Of a stretch of DNA of 64,000 nt, positions 1 through 9,279 are shown in pieces (the stretch's first letter is position 1; each line of letters opens with the position of its first letter). The position numbers and the translations under genes are program-made. The notes beneath the pieces are model-generated. The model saw only the letters and a list, made by a program, of their open reading frames with translations. It was not told where the DNA came from and searched no databases. The DNA is from an uncultured Gammaproteobacteria bacterium (GTDB lineage Bacteria; Patescibacteriota; Patescibacteriia; UBA9934): positions 7,197 through 71,196 of the forward strand of contig CAZMTL010000003.1 in the NCBI GenBank assembly GCA_964569575.1, read 5' to 3'.

Positions 1-2
1 AC

Positions 3-1139
3 GCAGCGAATAAAAAGACACTACTACCCGAAATAACACTTGCGCCAGGAGCATTTCACATCGTAGAAAATCCAGCCGGTAACCTAAACAACGCAAGCGA
101 ATCTGTCTTCTTACTAAACGCAAACAACGAAACGGTTGACCAAGTACACTACGGCACCGAATCGCTCGCCGCGCCAAAAAAAGGTGAAAGCCTTGCGCGC
201 GTAAACAACGAATGGATTGTAACAACAAACATAACAAAAGCCGCTGCAAATCAGTCAGCGGAACTAACAAGCGCTTCCGCGAACGAGTCGGAAGAAACCT
301 ATGCATCAACAAACAATGGAGTGGGATCGTCTACTAACACTAGTCAAAACAGCTCAACAGCTGAATCACAAACAGTTTCGGGAACTAACAATTCATCCCA
401 AAACCAACAAACAGTCGTCGCTACCGCTACCGGAAATAATCAATCATCAAACAGCTCTTCTGGAACAACAAGCAGCACAAACAAATCAATCGTAGAAGGA
501 ACCGTCACGGCACTACCAGGAATATTCGGCTCACAAATCGCCTACATCAACGGAACGCAGCTCTACTTTTACTATGCAGATTGGCCAACACTAAAACTTG
601 GTGACACAGTAAAAGTAACAGGCGAATACTCAAGCAACCGCGGCGAAACACGACTCAAAATCGCAAAGAAGGACGACATTCAAATCATCAGTTCCGAAGA
701 AATTCGCCCAACATTTGTAGACGGATCAACCATTCACGCACAAACAGCAGGATCACTCATCACGATGACAGGTGATGTCCTGAAACGTGAAGGAAAATTC
801 TACCTCGTAGATCAGCACGGCGAAATCGAACTAGTTATTCATGCAAACACAAACATCAAGTCAACAGAACTCGCCGGCAGCTACATGAACATCACAGGTG
901 TTGTACGCGTTTTCGACGGCACACGAAAACTCTACCCACGCAGCGAAGAAGATGTTGAACACGCAGAATCACCAATCACCGAAGAAGAATCAAAAAACAC
1001 CGAACCAGCAACACCGGTACTACGAACTCAATCAACAACACCATGGATCGGCGGAGGCCTTGCAACGCTAGCGCTCGGCACCCTCGGCTTCTGGTACGCA
1101 AAACACAAAAAACTTAACTTCATTCAACAGCCAGCATAA
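3..1139 (+). CDS. 5'-truncated cell-surface protein with a lamin-tail-like domain, two OB-fold-like segments, an S/T/N/Q-rich linker and a C-terminal TM anchor
   Basis: The frame is open from the window edge (codons start at nt 3). An LTD-like motif (ITLAPGAFHIVENPAG...SVFLLNANNETVDQVHYG...KGESLARV) is present. A low-complexity S/T/N/Q tract follows. Two OB-fold-like blocks occur (LYFYYADWPTLKLGDTVKVTGEY; KFYLVDQHGEIELVIH). The C terminus is a hydrophobic helix plus KHKK. Confidence 0.5.
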   Translation, partial: AANKKTLLPEITLAPGAFHIVENPAGNLNNASESVFLLNANNETVDQVHYGTESLAAPKKGESLARVNNEWIVTTNITKAAANQSAELTSASANESEETYASTNNGVGSSTNTSQNSSTAESQTVSGTNNSSQNQQTVVATATGNNQSSNSSSGTTSSTNKSIVEGTVTALPGIFGSQIAYINGTQLYFYYADWPTLKLGDTVKVTGEYSSNRGETRLKIAKKDDIQIISSEEIRPTFVDGSTIHAQTAGSLITMTGDVLKREGKFYLVDQHGEIELVIHANTNIKSTELAGSYMNITGVVRVFDGTRKLYPRSEEDVEHAESPITEEESKNTEPATPVLRTQSTTPWIGGGLATLALGTLGFWYAKHKKLNFIQQPA

Positions 1140-1141
1140 AT

Positions 1142-1348
1142 ATGAACATCGTAAAAAATCCTCAAGCAAAATGGTACATGGAATTAATGGATAAATTTAA
1201 TCACCTAATGGAACGGATGGGAGTTCCCGAAAGCATCTCAAACGAATTCAAAGTCCTCCTTATCGACGTTGCCCGAGACCAATACATGGCTGGCAACCGC
1301 TCAGGAATTTCGTGGATCAAAAAACAAATGGCCGGTGAACGTGCGTAA
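1142..1348 (+). CDS. small hypothetical protein (68 aa)
   Basis: The ORF starts 3 nt after the upstream stop, suggesting coupling. There is no recognisable motif. Confidence 0.3.
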   Translation: MNIVKNPQAKWYMELMDKFNHLMERMGVPESISNEFKVLLIDVARDQYMAGNRSGISWIKKQMAGERA

Positions 1349-1350
1349 AC

Positions 1351-1384
1351 AAAAAAGGGTCCCGACAAACATCGGGACCCTTCT
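1351..1384. terminator. hairpin GGGTCCCG-loop-CGGGACCC with flanking A/T runs; terminator between convergent genes
   Basis: An 8-bp GC stem is preceded by AAAAAA on the plus strand, which reads as a T-run on the minus strand. Confidence 0.5.
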
Positions 1385-1394
1385 CGAAAGGAAT

Positions 1395-1805
1395 CTAACC
1401 AATCAAATGAATAATCAACGCCATCACCATCAAACTCACCAACCAATAAGAAGAGTTGATCGCGTACAGCTTCAACGTACGTTTTTCCCAAAGCACCGTA
1501 TTTAACAAAATCGGCAATACAAACCCCAACCACACCCAAAACGCCGAAGTAAACACATTTCCAACATCCAACGCCGAAGACATTGCAGCTACATACGCCA
1601 ATACATACGCAACAAGAATACTCCCAACGACCGCAAAGAAAACGCGTGTAAACATATCCTTCGCACTCAATCGTTGACCCATGCTGACACCAACCTCCTT
1701 CATCCAAGGCTTACCCAAAAAAGCAGGCGAATACCAAGTCATTCCAAGAACAATATTCGAAAGACCCGCAAGCACAATAGCGAGTAAAGACGTTTCCAAT
1801 AACAT
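1395..1805 (-). CDS. DUF1761-family small membrane protein
   Basis: MLLETSLLAIVLAGLSNIVLGMTWYSPAFLGKPWMK matches the DUF1761 N-terminal pattern. There are 4 TM segments. The start was moved to the internal ATG at 1805 because the longer ORF runs into the tRNA. Confidence 0.55.
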   Translation of the reverse strand: MLLETSLLAIVLAGLSNIVLGMTWYSPAFLGKPWMKEVGVSMGQRLSAKDMFTRVFFAVVGSILVAYVLAYVAAMSSALDVGNVFTSAFWVWLGFVLPILLNTVLWEKRTLKLYAINSSYWLVSLMVMALIIHLIG

Positions 1806-1832
1806 AGTAAAGATAATTAAATAATGCGCTAA

Positions 1833-1880
1833 GTATAAACAAATTTTCACAAAAATAAAACACACCGGCAAACCGGTGCA
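1833..1880 (-). terminator. hairpin CACCGG-TTTG-CCGGTG followed by a T-rich tract downstream of tRNA-Gly (an A/T run on the plus side too)
   Basis: The inverted repeat caccggcaaaccggtg is flanked by T-runs on both strands. Confidence 0.5.
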
Positions 1881-1898
1881 TCTTCTTTTTTTTACGCT

Positions 1899-1973
1899 TG
1901 GAGCGGTAGACCGGGTTCGAACCGGCGACCTCTTCCTTGGCAAGGAAGCGTTCTACCACTGAACTACTACCGC
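1899..1973 (-). tRNA. tRNA-Gly (anticodon GCC), CCA encoded
   Basis: The reverse complement gives GCGGTAGTAGTTCAGTGGTAGAACGCTTCCTTGCCAAGGAAGAGGTCGCCGGTTCGAACCCGGTCTACCGCTCCA. This folds as a cloverleaf with a GGTTCGAA T-loop and anticodon loop TTGCCAA. Confidence 0.85.
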
Positions 1974-2090
1974 TTATGTGGACCGATTGTAGCAAGGCTC
2001 AAAACCGTCGTCAACGAGCAAGTGATCAATTTCGTTGACAAACACGCTATTTTCGAGTGTTATAATGGCAACTCGTTCCTTGGAGCCTTC

Positions 2091-2537
2091 ATGAAGCGTA
2101 AGCTCAGCAACACGGCAATCGGCAAGCCACTCTTCAGCGACGAACACAAGCTCGAACTCAGTCTGCCGGACGAGTTCCCAGACATCCAACGACTGATTGA
2201 GGTGATTCTAACAGAGAACTACCGACGTGGAATACTCTTCGCCTACCTGAGGCGTGAGCTAGGGGAAACACCGCTGTATCTCAAGAAATGGAGATTCAGG
2301 TGTCTCGGACCGGCAGCCGGAGCAACAAACACGGTGCTGAGACAGATCCCGAACAACCCGGCCTGGATCGACATGGTAAAAGAACGCTACTTCTGGAGTC
2401 CTCTCGAGGCACACCAGTTGCTCCTCCTGGCATGGCTAACAGGAGACGTGAAACCAGAACTCACCTATGGTTACCCAAAGCTGCAAGAAGCGGTGGACGA
2501 AAAAACACTCCCTCTTCTCAAGCGTCAAGCATGGTAA
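2091..2537 (+). CDS. hypothetical protein in an atypical-composition segment next to tRNA-Gly (alternative GTG start at 2022)
   Basis: The 171-codon ORF has higher GC (about 53%) and a codon style distinct from its neighbours. A GGAG Shine-Dalgarno sits 8 nt before the ATG at 2091. A GC-rich terminator follows at 2551-2586. Confidence 0.45.
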   Translation: MKRKLSNTAIGKPLFSDEHKLELSLPDEFPDIQRLIEVILTENYRRGILFAYLRRELGETPLYLKKWRFRCLGPAAGATNTVLRQIPNNPAWIDMVKERYFWSPLEAHQLLLLAWLTGDVKPELTYGYPKLQEAVDEKTLPLLKRQAW

Positions 2538-2550
2538 CCGCACCCCTCAA

Positions 2551-2586
2551 CGCACCGCCCAACAGCGCGGTGCGTCTTCTTTTTCA
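2551..2586 (+). terminator. intrinsic terminator CGCACCGC-loop-GCGGTGCG followed by TCTTCTTTTTC
   Basis: An 8-bp GC stem is followed by a T-run. Confidence 0.6.
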
Positions 2587-3114
2587 AAATAAATGGGGGT
2601 TCTTGAACGGCGAAAGCGCGAGCATAACGGCGTGCACATATTCACCACGCCGATCAATCGCGTCATCGGTCAAAAAACCAATAATCCCACCCTGCGTCTT
2701 GCAGCTATCTGATTTAAAAATAACATCATTCGCATCCCCCATCTCCAACCCCGAATCAATCCCATCACGCACAGCAACTGGAATCGCATACATCACCGTC
2801 TTCGCCCTTCCCCAAACACCACCCTTCGACAACACCGCCATCCAAGCAAACGTAAACATTTCCCCATAAAAACAATCAACCCCACCTTCCAGTCCAACAA
2901 AAAAATCTCCATCAGCAACCAATTCCTTCGCCCCTTTCGCGCGATTCATCGCCCCACGCAACGTCTCTTCGTCACTCTTCGGCTGATCCGCAACACCCGA
3001 ATTAACCGAGACACCTTCAAACACAAACTTCTCATCCGGAAACATCAACCCAAACGCCTCCTCCACCGCCCCAATCTTCACAGGATTTTTCGATGCCACA
3101 ACAACTTTTTTCAT
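2584..3114 (-). CDS. yjjX: inosine/xanthosine triphosphatase, YjjX-family non-canonical NTPase
   Basis: MKKVVVASKNPVKIGAV...SGVADQP...AVMLALSPFKNP matches the YjjX/Maf-Ham1-like pattern. The start was taken at the internal ATG. Confidence 0.65.
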   Translation of the reverse strand: MKKVVVASKNPVKIGAVEEAFGLMFPDEKFVFEGVSVNSGVADQPKSDEETLRGAMNRAKGAKELVADGDFFVGLEGGVDCFYGEMFTFAWMAVLSKGGVWGRAKTVMYAIPVAVRDGIDSGLEMGDANDVIFKSDSCKTQGGIIGFLTDDAIDRRGEYVHAVMLALSPFKNPHLF

Positions 3115-3115
3115 A

Positions 3116-3412
3116 CTAATATTCATCCAAAACCACCCGCCCCTCAAATCCTCCTCGCTCCTCCTTTTTCGAAACTCGCACCCGCTCCACCTCCTCGCGC
3201 TCAATGTTCTTAAACTTCAAAATAGCCTCAATCACCTCAAACACATCCGCCATCTCCTCCACACTCTCCGCCTCCAAAAACTCCCCCACCTCTTCCATCA
3301 ATTTTTCCTTTAACCGCCCCCAATACTCAACATCCTCCGCAACATGATGCACGCACGCCTCACCCTTACTTTCAATAATCCGCGGAATGAAATCACGAAC
3401 CAATTTTGTCAT
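3116..3412 (-). CDS. MazG-like / PRA-PH family nucleotide pyrophosphohydrolase
   Basis: MTKLVRDFIPRII...EEMADVFEVIEAIL...KKEERGGFEGRVVLDEY. It is adjacent to yjjX as a house-cleaning NTPase pair. Confidence 0.6.
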   Translation of the reverse strand: MTKLVRDFIPRIIESKGEACVHHVAEDVEYWGRLKEKLMEEVGEFLEAESVEEMADVFEVIEAILKFKNIEREEVERVRVSKKEERGGFEGRVVLDEY

Positions 3413-3439
3413 ACCCACAAAGTATACCAACCCAAACAA

Positions 3440-3466
3440 AAAACGCCGAGTAATCAGCGTTTTTTG
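3440..3466. terminator. hairpin AACGC-loop-GCGTT followed by TTTTT, on both strands
   Basis: Seen in sequence between tRNA-Leu and the MazG-like gene. Confidence 0.5.
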
Positions 3467-3550
3467 GTGGGCCGGGCGGGATTCGAACCCGCAAGGTCTT
3501 TCGACCAGGAAATTTTAAGTCTCCCGTGTATACCCTTCCACCACCGGCCC
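3465..3550 (-). tRNA. tRNA-Leu (anticodon TAA), long variable arm, CCA encoded
   Basis: The reverse complement gives GGGCCGGTGGTGGAAGGGTATACACGGGAGACTTAAAATTTCC...GGTTCGAATCCCGCCCGGCCCACCA. The anticodon loop is CTTAAAA. Confidence 0.85.
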
Positions 3551-4018
3551 TTATTTTCTATTCGCACCCCTATGCGTCGCCTTTAAGCTATGGCAATTGG
3601 GGCAAAGAACGCGCAAATTTTCCAAACGATGATCTCGCGAATCTCCATTAATGTGATCAAGCTCTAACGGCAGCCTACCATCGGCAGAAATCCGAGCCCA
3701 CCCGCATTCTTCACAATTTTGCGGCTTAAGTCTAGCGCGAAACAATCTTTTTTTCAATTTATACGTTTGGTACGAACTATTCTGGACCAAAATACTCTCC
3801 AATGGAATACGTGGAGAAAATTGTTTACTAACACCCTTAGACCAAGATCGACCAACAAAATGGGAAATATCAATATTATATAACTGCAAATATTTCTTAA
3901 TTTGAGAATAATTACCCCCTGCCTCCTTCAATCCAAGACACGTCAAAACCTGACGAATGCTTCTCGATTCCTTCACGGCCTTATCCAAATCAATTTTCGA
4001 CCATTTTCTAAGTCTCAT
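3551..4018 (-). CDS. HNH endonuclease (homing-endonuclease-like) directly abutting tRNA-Leu
   Basis: An HNH motif is present (ELDHINGDSRDHRLENLRVLCPNCHSLK). The stop codon is immediately adjacent to the tRNA 5' end. The start was taken at the internal ATG. Confidence 0.7.
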   Translation of the reverse strand: MRLRKWSKIDLDKAVKESRSIRQVLTCLGLKEAGGNYSQIKKYLQLYNIDISHFVGRSWSKGVSKQFSPRIPLESILVQNSSYQTYKLKKRLFRARLKPQNCEECGWARISADGRLPLELDHINGDSRDHRLENLRVLCPNCHSLKATHRGANRK

Positions 4019-4109
4019 ACTAGCAGAATAGCAAATGGCAGAGGTACAAACAAGACACAACACCAACCTCTGCCTAATAATAAAATCAAAGATTCAGTAT
4101 AATGAAGAC

Positions 4110-5123
4110 ATGATCGAATCAAACCAGGAAGAAACCGAACGTGTCGTTGAACCGAAAGCGGGGGAAGAAGAGCAACGATTCGAAGTCGGACTTCGACCGC
4201 AGTCGCTACAAGATTTTATAGGTCAGGAGGGCTTGAAAGAAGGCCTTTCTATTTTTATTGAAGCTGCGAAAAAGCGCGAAGAGCCGCTGGAACACGTCCT
4301 TCTCTACGGAAACCCAGGTCTAGGAAAAACTACCCTGGCTCACATTATCGCAAACGAAATGGGATCAAACATCAAAATCACCAGCGGCCCCGCATTGGAA
4401 CGCGTAGGTGATTTGGCAGCCATTCTCTCCAACCTTCAAAAAGGCGACGTACTCTTCATCGACGAAATCCACCGTCTCAACAAATCCATCGAAGAAATTC
4501 TCTACCCAGCCATGGAAGATTACGCGCTCGATTTAGTGGTCGGCAAAGGACCATCCGCTCGAACACTGCGATTAGGACTAGAAAAGTTCACCGTTATCGG
4601 AGCAACCACCAAACTCTCCCTTCTCTCTTCCCCACTCCGCGACCGATTCGGCTCCACCTACAACCTTCATTTCTATACAGAAGATGAAATGAGCAAAATA
4701 ATCGGCCGAAGCGCACAGCTTCTAAACGTAAACGCAGACCAACCAACTTGCGACTTAATTGCCACACGCTGCCGAAAAACCCCGCGTATCGCCAACCGCC
4801 TTCTAAAACGCGTCCGCGATTTCGCTGAAGTACGACACGACGGAACGCTTACCGCCACAATCGCAAACGAAGCACTCAACATGCTGGGCGTTGATGAACT
4901 CGGACTAGATGGTACCGATCGCATGATTCTTCAAACCCTAATCGAAAAATTCCAAGGCGGCCCAGTCGGCCTCCAAACCCTCGCCGCCGCAACTCACAGC
5001 GAAGAAGAAACCCTCGAACTCGTCCACGAACCCTTCATGCTCCAACTAGGCCTACTAGAACGAACCCCTCGAGGCCGCATGGCAACAAAGGCAGCGTACG
5101 AACATTTAAAGAAAAAACTTTAG
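4110..5123 (+). CDS. ruvB: Holliday junction branch-migration helicase RuvB
   Basis: Walker A motif [22 protein letters not shown] within a RuvB-like AAA+ N-terminal region and winged-helix C terminus. TATAAT lies 6 nt upstream of the ATG at 4110. Confidence 0.9.
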   Translation: MIESNQEETERVVEPKAGEEEQRFEVGLRPQSLQDFIGQEGLKEGLSIFIEAAKKREEPLEHVLLYGNPGLGKTTLAHIIANEMGSNIKITSGPALERVGDLAAILSNLQKGDVLFIDEIHRLNKSIEEILYPAMEDYALDLVVGKGPSARTLRLGLEKFTVIGATTKLSLLSSPLRDRFGSTYNLHFYTEDEMSKIIGRSAQLLNVNADQPTCDLIATRCRKTPRIANRLLKRVRDFAEVRHDGTLTATIANEALNMLGVDELGLDGTDRMILQTLIEKFQGGPVGLQTLAAATHSEEETLELVHEPFMLQLGLLERTPRGRMATKAAYEHLKKKL

Positions 5124-5127
5124 CAAA

Positions 5128-5160
5128 AACATCCCAGAAATATGGGGTGTTTTTGCCTAT
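5128..5160 (+). terminator. ruvB terminator hairpin (ACATCCC/GGGGTGT) followed by TTTTT
   Basis: Seen in sequence. Confidence 0.5.
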
Positions 5161-5497
5161 AAACCAACAAAATGCAATCACTCATCAAGGCAAGTTGAGA
5201 GTGGTCACGCACGAATCCTCCTCATCTTAAATCATCGTCATCTCGATCCTGATCCGGAATCCATCGCCTCTCAGACGCACTTCCTGCCCTTACCAAGGGG
5301 AGGTTCCGCACTGATCAAATGCGATCACCTCACCTTGTCGGCAAGCAAAACGTGGCAATCTATTCGATTGCGCAAGAGACGAGAGATTGCCACGTCGACT
5401 GCATCTCCTCGCAATGACAAAGTGAATTTCCACCCCTACTCCCTACCGCCGAAACACTACTCTCTCCTCTCCCTCCCCAACATGCTATAATCACCTC

Positions 5498-5758
5498 ATG
5501 ACCTTCCCACTCACCTACCTTCTCATTCTCTACGCACTTGCGGCATTTCTAGGATTTTTATTTACGTTCTTCAATGTCTTTCACATTGCAAAGTTTGGAT
5601 TACAATCAACCAAAACAAGCATCATCATCATGATCTACACCTTTGCATTTATTGGAATTCTAACGGTCAGCGGTCTAGCTATTCTCACGTTCAACTGGAA
5701 CGCCGTCATCGCTCTGCCAAACATTTTTTCGTTCGGAACACTTACGATAGGCCAATAA
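5498..5758 (+). CDS. small 3-TM membrane protein (86 aa)
   Basis: The protein is hydrophobic. An extended -10 (TGcTATAAT, 5483-5491) lies 6 nt upstream of the ATG, implying a leaderless transcript. Confidence 0.4.
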   Translation: MTFPLTYLLILYALAAFLGFLFTFFNVFHIAKFGLQSTKTSIIIMIYTFAFIGILTVSGLAILTFNWNAVIALPNIFSFGTLTIGQ

Positions 5759-5759
5759 T

Positions 5760-6335
5760 ATGTTGAACCTGAAAAATCTTCCAAATCAACAACGCGACGA
5801 AAAAACAGTTCTCTTTCTTCGCCGTCATTGGATCGAACTTCTCCAAATCGCCCTCTACTTCATTGTACTAACCGGAGTACCAATTGGATTCTTGTTCCTA
5901 CTAAACGAAATAAGCACCCAATCGCCCGCAGGATACTGGCCGCAGATTTTAACACTCCTCCTTTCCTGCTACGCCTTCTGCGTTATCATTATCACCATGA
6001 CCCAGTTCACGGATTTTTACCTCGACACATGGATTGTAACGAATGAGCGAATTATCAACATCGAACAAAAAGGACTCTTCTCGCGCATCGTGTCGGAACT
6101 ACACCTGAACCAAGTCCAGGACGTTACAAGCGAAACCCACGGATTCCTTCCAACGATGTTGAGCTACGGAAACGTCTACATTCAAACCGCCGGAACACGC
6201 GAACGATTCAACTTCAAAACAGTCGACAACCCAGACGAAGTAAAAAAAATCATTACTCGATTAGTGGAAGAAGATAAACGACGACACGGCGACGCTTCTC
6301 AACCAACCACCGCGCCACTGACTCCCGCAACATAA
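5760..6335 (+). CDS. membrane-flanked bacterial PH-domain protein (bPH_2, YdbS/YdbT-like)
   Basis: Two N-terminal TM helices are followed by a PH-like domain (TWIVTNERIINIEQKGLFSR...YGNVYIQTAG). The start is 1 nt after the upstream stop. Confidence 0.55.
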   Translation: MLNLKNLPNQQRDEKTVLFLRRHWIELLQIALYFIVLTGVPIGFLFLLNEISTQSPAGYWPQILTLLLSCYAFCVIIITMTQFTDFYLDTWIVTNERIINIEQKGLFSRIVSELHLNQVQDVTSETHGFLPTMLSYGNVYIQTAGTRERFNFKTVDNPDEVKKIITRLVEEDKRRHGDASQPTTAPLTPAT

Positions 6336-6362
6336 AAAGAGCCATCAAGGCTCTTTTTTCAT
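6334..6362. terminator. bidirectional terminator AGAGCC-loop-GGCTCT with A-run/T-run flanks
   Basis: Located between convergent genes. Confidence 0.6.
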
Positions 6363-6376
6363 TCATCATATTGGAA

Positions 6377-7450
6377 CTACTGTCTGTCCCAGTCATACAC
6401 CTGCCAGGCCCAGCGAGCCAAACTCGCCGCGTCATCAAAGCTCTCGCGCCGCGAATCCCCTCCAAACAACACAATCAACACAGACTCATCATACGTCCCA
6501 TCCATCGGGTGCATGCGCACAACCAAATTCCATCCTGATTCGTTCAAATATCCAGTCTTCCCTGCGGTCACATACACATCATCATATGCACGATCGTACA
6601 GCAACCAATTCGTACTACTAATCGCGCGATCATATTCTGGATTACTGATACTCTGAATCTTCAAAGCTGATGTCCCCGAAAATCGTCGAACCGTTTCATC
6701 TTCAAAAATCTCACGCGCCATAAATGCCACTTCGCGCGCCGTTGAAACGTTTCCAAGCTCAATTCCAGTCGGATCAACAAACCGCGTGCGCCCCAAATTC
6801 ATCCGCTCCGCCTCGCTATTCATTCGCTCAATAAATGTCCCTTTCGAAAGTCCGCTCAATCGAGCCACCGCATTCGCCGCATTATTCGCCGAAGCAATCA
6901 ACGTCGCTCGCAACAAATCCATTGTATAAAACGTACTTCCCGAATTCGCATACAACTTTGCGCCCCCAACATCATCCGCATCCAACACATTCCCCACTCC
7001 GTACAAATCCAACCCTTGATCAATCGCCACTTTTGACGTCATCAACTTTGTAATCGAAGCGATCGGCCACAACTGCTCAGCTCCCTGCGCAGCTAAAATG
7101 TCACCAGTAGCATTATCGATCACAATATAATAATCCGATGTAACCGTAGGCACGGGTCGAGTAGAAACAAACCGAAGCGAGGGAACGGCCGGCGCAAACG
7201 CAGCTAATTCGGGATACTCTCGCCATCCGTACTGCCGAGCCCAATCCTCAACATCGATCAAAAACCCAGCCGCCGTTCCGGGAATCGCCCGCAACGTTTC
7301 AATCTCAAACGCCGCCTGCAAATCACCTCGCGATTCATACACCTTGCGCAAAACAGACGCGTCCTGAGCATGCACAAAACCAGGCGCAAACAATGCGGTA
7401 AAAAAACAAAGCGCTAATGCAGTTGAGGTAATACGCATACTTATCGCCAC
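6377..7450 (-). CDS. D-alanyl-D-alanine carboxypeptidase (serine-type, PBP5/DacC-like) with signal peptide
   Basis: SxxK (SITKLMT), SxN (SAN) and KTG (AGKTGY) motifs are present, along with an N-terminal signal peptide. Confidence 0.75.
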   Translation of the reverse strand: MAISMRITSTALALCFFTALFAPGFVHAQDASVLRKVYESRGDLQAAFEIETLRAIPGTAAGFLIDVEDWARQYGWREYPELAAFAPAVPSLRFVSTRPVPTVTSDYYIVIDNATGDILAAQGAEQLWPIASITKLMTSKVAIDQGLDLYGVGNVLDADDVGGAKLYANSGSTFYTMDLLRATLIASANNAANAVARLSGLSKGTFIERMNSEAERMNLGRTRFVDPTGIELGNVSTAREVAFMAREIFEDETVRRFSGTSALKIQSISNPEYDRAISSTNWLLYDRAYDDVYVTAGKTGYLNESGWNLVVRMHPMDGTYDESVLIVLFGGDSRRESFDDAASLARWAWQVYDWDRQ

Positions 7451-9279
7451 TTTTTCACTAAATCAACTCCTTGATAAAAATACATCAAAATCTCATCAAA
7501 CTTCTTCCCATCCTTCGCCATACAAAGCGCCCCCGAAGCCGGCATTCCTACTCCATGCCCCCACTGCGTCTTCCCCTTGTCACACGCAACCTCTACAGAC
7601 TTAATATACGGAATGTTGCCACTCCAAACCTGATTCCAATCCTTTGTTTTTCCATTCGATCGCGCAAAGTACGAAGCAAGCGCAACATCACCCTGGTACA
7701 TAATCGCCATACCACGCGTCTCTTCTACAGCTTTCACAATAGTTGGAGATCGTCTTTCTTGCTCATAACCGTTATACACCTGATCTTCCGACCAACTTAC
7801 CAAATGAACATGATCCTTCACGCGCTTGGTATTCCGGGTCCAGTGATAGAAAGCAAAACTTCGAGCAGCGGTGATCATTGACTTTTGATATTCATGATCA
7901 TCATTATTTGAAGTCTCGCCAAGCCCACGAAGGTAATACTCAATTTGCAATTCGTTGATCAACCAAAGACGATCTTTCGATTCCGAATACCGCAATTCGA
8001 GTACATTTCGAAATTCATTAAACGCGTGAATGTGCCCGCGTGTTGCTCTGCGATCAAAATTGGTCACCTTCATAACCGCATGATCAACTTCCGGAACAAA
8101 CCGCAAACCAGAAGTCGTCTGCTTCATCTCGCCATCAACCTCATAAAAATACACACCGTTTCGGTAATGCGCCGTCACCTTCTTTCCTTTTTTCACCTCT
8201 GCAAGCACAGCACCACTCAAATCAGTCACTGTAAACGCAGACTCCTCCGAAGTAATCACTACCTCATCATCCGTTTCTTCATCCACAATCAACACACCAA
8301 CACGTAAAACAGGTTGTTCAACAATCTGAGATTCATCAATTGCCTCCGCGACTTCTTCATCATCTCGAATCGGAGCCTGCGCAGCTTCGCCACTTCCACC
8401 TGTCACATCCACCGGAATACGAATCTCTCCACCTTCCACCAACTCACCATTCGCCTTCAAAGCGAAAACGGCAGCATGACTTCCATTTGTCGCCGGCGCC
8501 GTGAAGGCAAATTGCACAACACCCACTTCACCCGGCTTCACCGCACCCTCTCCAAGTCCAACGCGCGACCCAGACCACGAAAGATGCCTAAACGAAGTCA
8601 CTGCATTCGCCACACGTAAATCATCTTCGTACAAACCAAACTCGTTCCAAGTAGTTTTTCCGGTATTTGTAAACGCAACCGTAAACAACACCGGCTTTCC
8701 AGCAACCACCTTCACCTGATTCGCGCTTCGCATCGCCACTTCTGCCGACAAAGCACTCGAAGCGTCAGCATCATCAGTAGGAACCTCTGCAGTGGCGTCT
8801 TCCGAAACCGTAATAGCTAATTTCAATTCCGCGCCACCAATCCACGCCTTATTCTCGGAAGCCAACCAAAAAACCTCCTGATACTCCCCAACCTTGTCCG
8901 GCGCATGCAATTCAAACGACATAGTCGCAATAGCGCCCGGCACAACACTCGCCTGCTCAATTCGCTTCAACTGATCACCCCAAATCCACGTCCCTGGGTC
9001 GAACACACTTCGACGATACTTTGGCCCGTGCGTATACAGCGAAACAAATCCCGGGCCATCATTCTTCCAAGTCTCGGTACCTGTATTTTTAAATGAAACA
9101 TCTACCGTCACCTTTTCACCAGGAGCCATCGTAATCACACCATCATCCGTCACGCTTACAATTTCCGCTGCATACGCAGCTGCAAACGTAGGCTGAACAA
9201 AAGCAAATAAACTAACAAAAAACGCAAAGAACACCGCCACGCCAACAAGTCGAGTCGAAATAATAGATGAAGTAAACAT
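7441..9279 (-). CDS. SpoIID/LytB-domain protein with signal peptide and Ig-like repeats
   Basis: The C-terminal SpoIID-like region is ...ELQIEYYLRGLGE...AARSFAFYH. Confidence 0.6.
   Translation of the reverse strand: MFTSSIISTRLVGVAVFFAFFVSLFAFVQPTFAAAYAAEIVSVTDDGVITMAPGEKVTVDVSFKNTGTETWKNDGPGFVSLYTHGPKYRRSVFDPGTWIWGDQLKRIEQASVVPGAIATMSFELHAPDKVGEYQEVFWLASENKAWIGGAELKLAITVSEDATAEVPTDDADASSALSAEVAMRSANQVKVVAGKPVLFTVAFTNTGKTTWNEFGLYEDDLRVANAVTSFRHLSWSGSRVGLGEGAVKPGEVGVVQFAFTAPATNGSHAAVFALKANGELVEGGEIRIPVDVTGGSGEAAQAPIRDDEEVAEAIDESQIVEQPVLRVGVLIVDEETDDEVVITSEESAFTVTDLSGAVLAEVKKGKKVTAHYRNGVYFYEVDGEMKQTTSGLRFVPEVDHAVMKVTNFDRRATRGHIHAFNEFRNVLELRYSESKDRLWLINELQIEYYLRGLGETSNNDDHEYQKSMITAARSFAFYHWTRNTKRVKDHVHLVSWSEDQVYNGYEQERRSPTIVKAVEETRGMAIMYQGDVALASYFARSNGKTKDWNQVWSGNIPYIKSVEVACDKGKTQWGHGVGMPASGALCMAKDGKKFDEILMYFYQGVDLVKKWR

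Noticed and set aside
1711-2189. Minus-strand ORFs 1711..1995 and 1974..2189
   Set aside because: They overlap tRNA-Gly and the terminator, and the second is antisense to the SD-preceded plus gene. They are treated as spurious.
2288-2869. 193-aa plus-strand ORF
   Set aside because: It overlaps the well-supported minus-strand yjjX gene in antisense and has no motifs.
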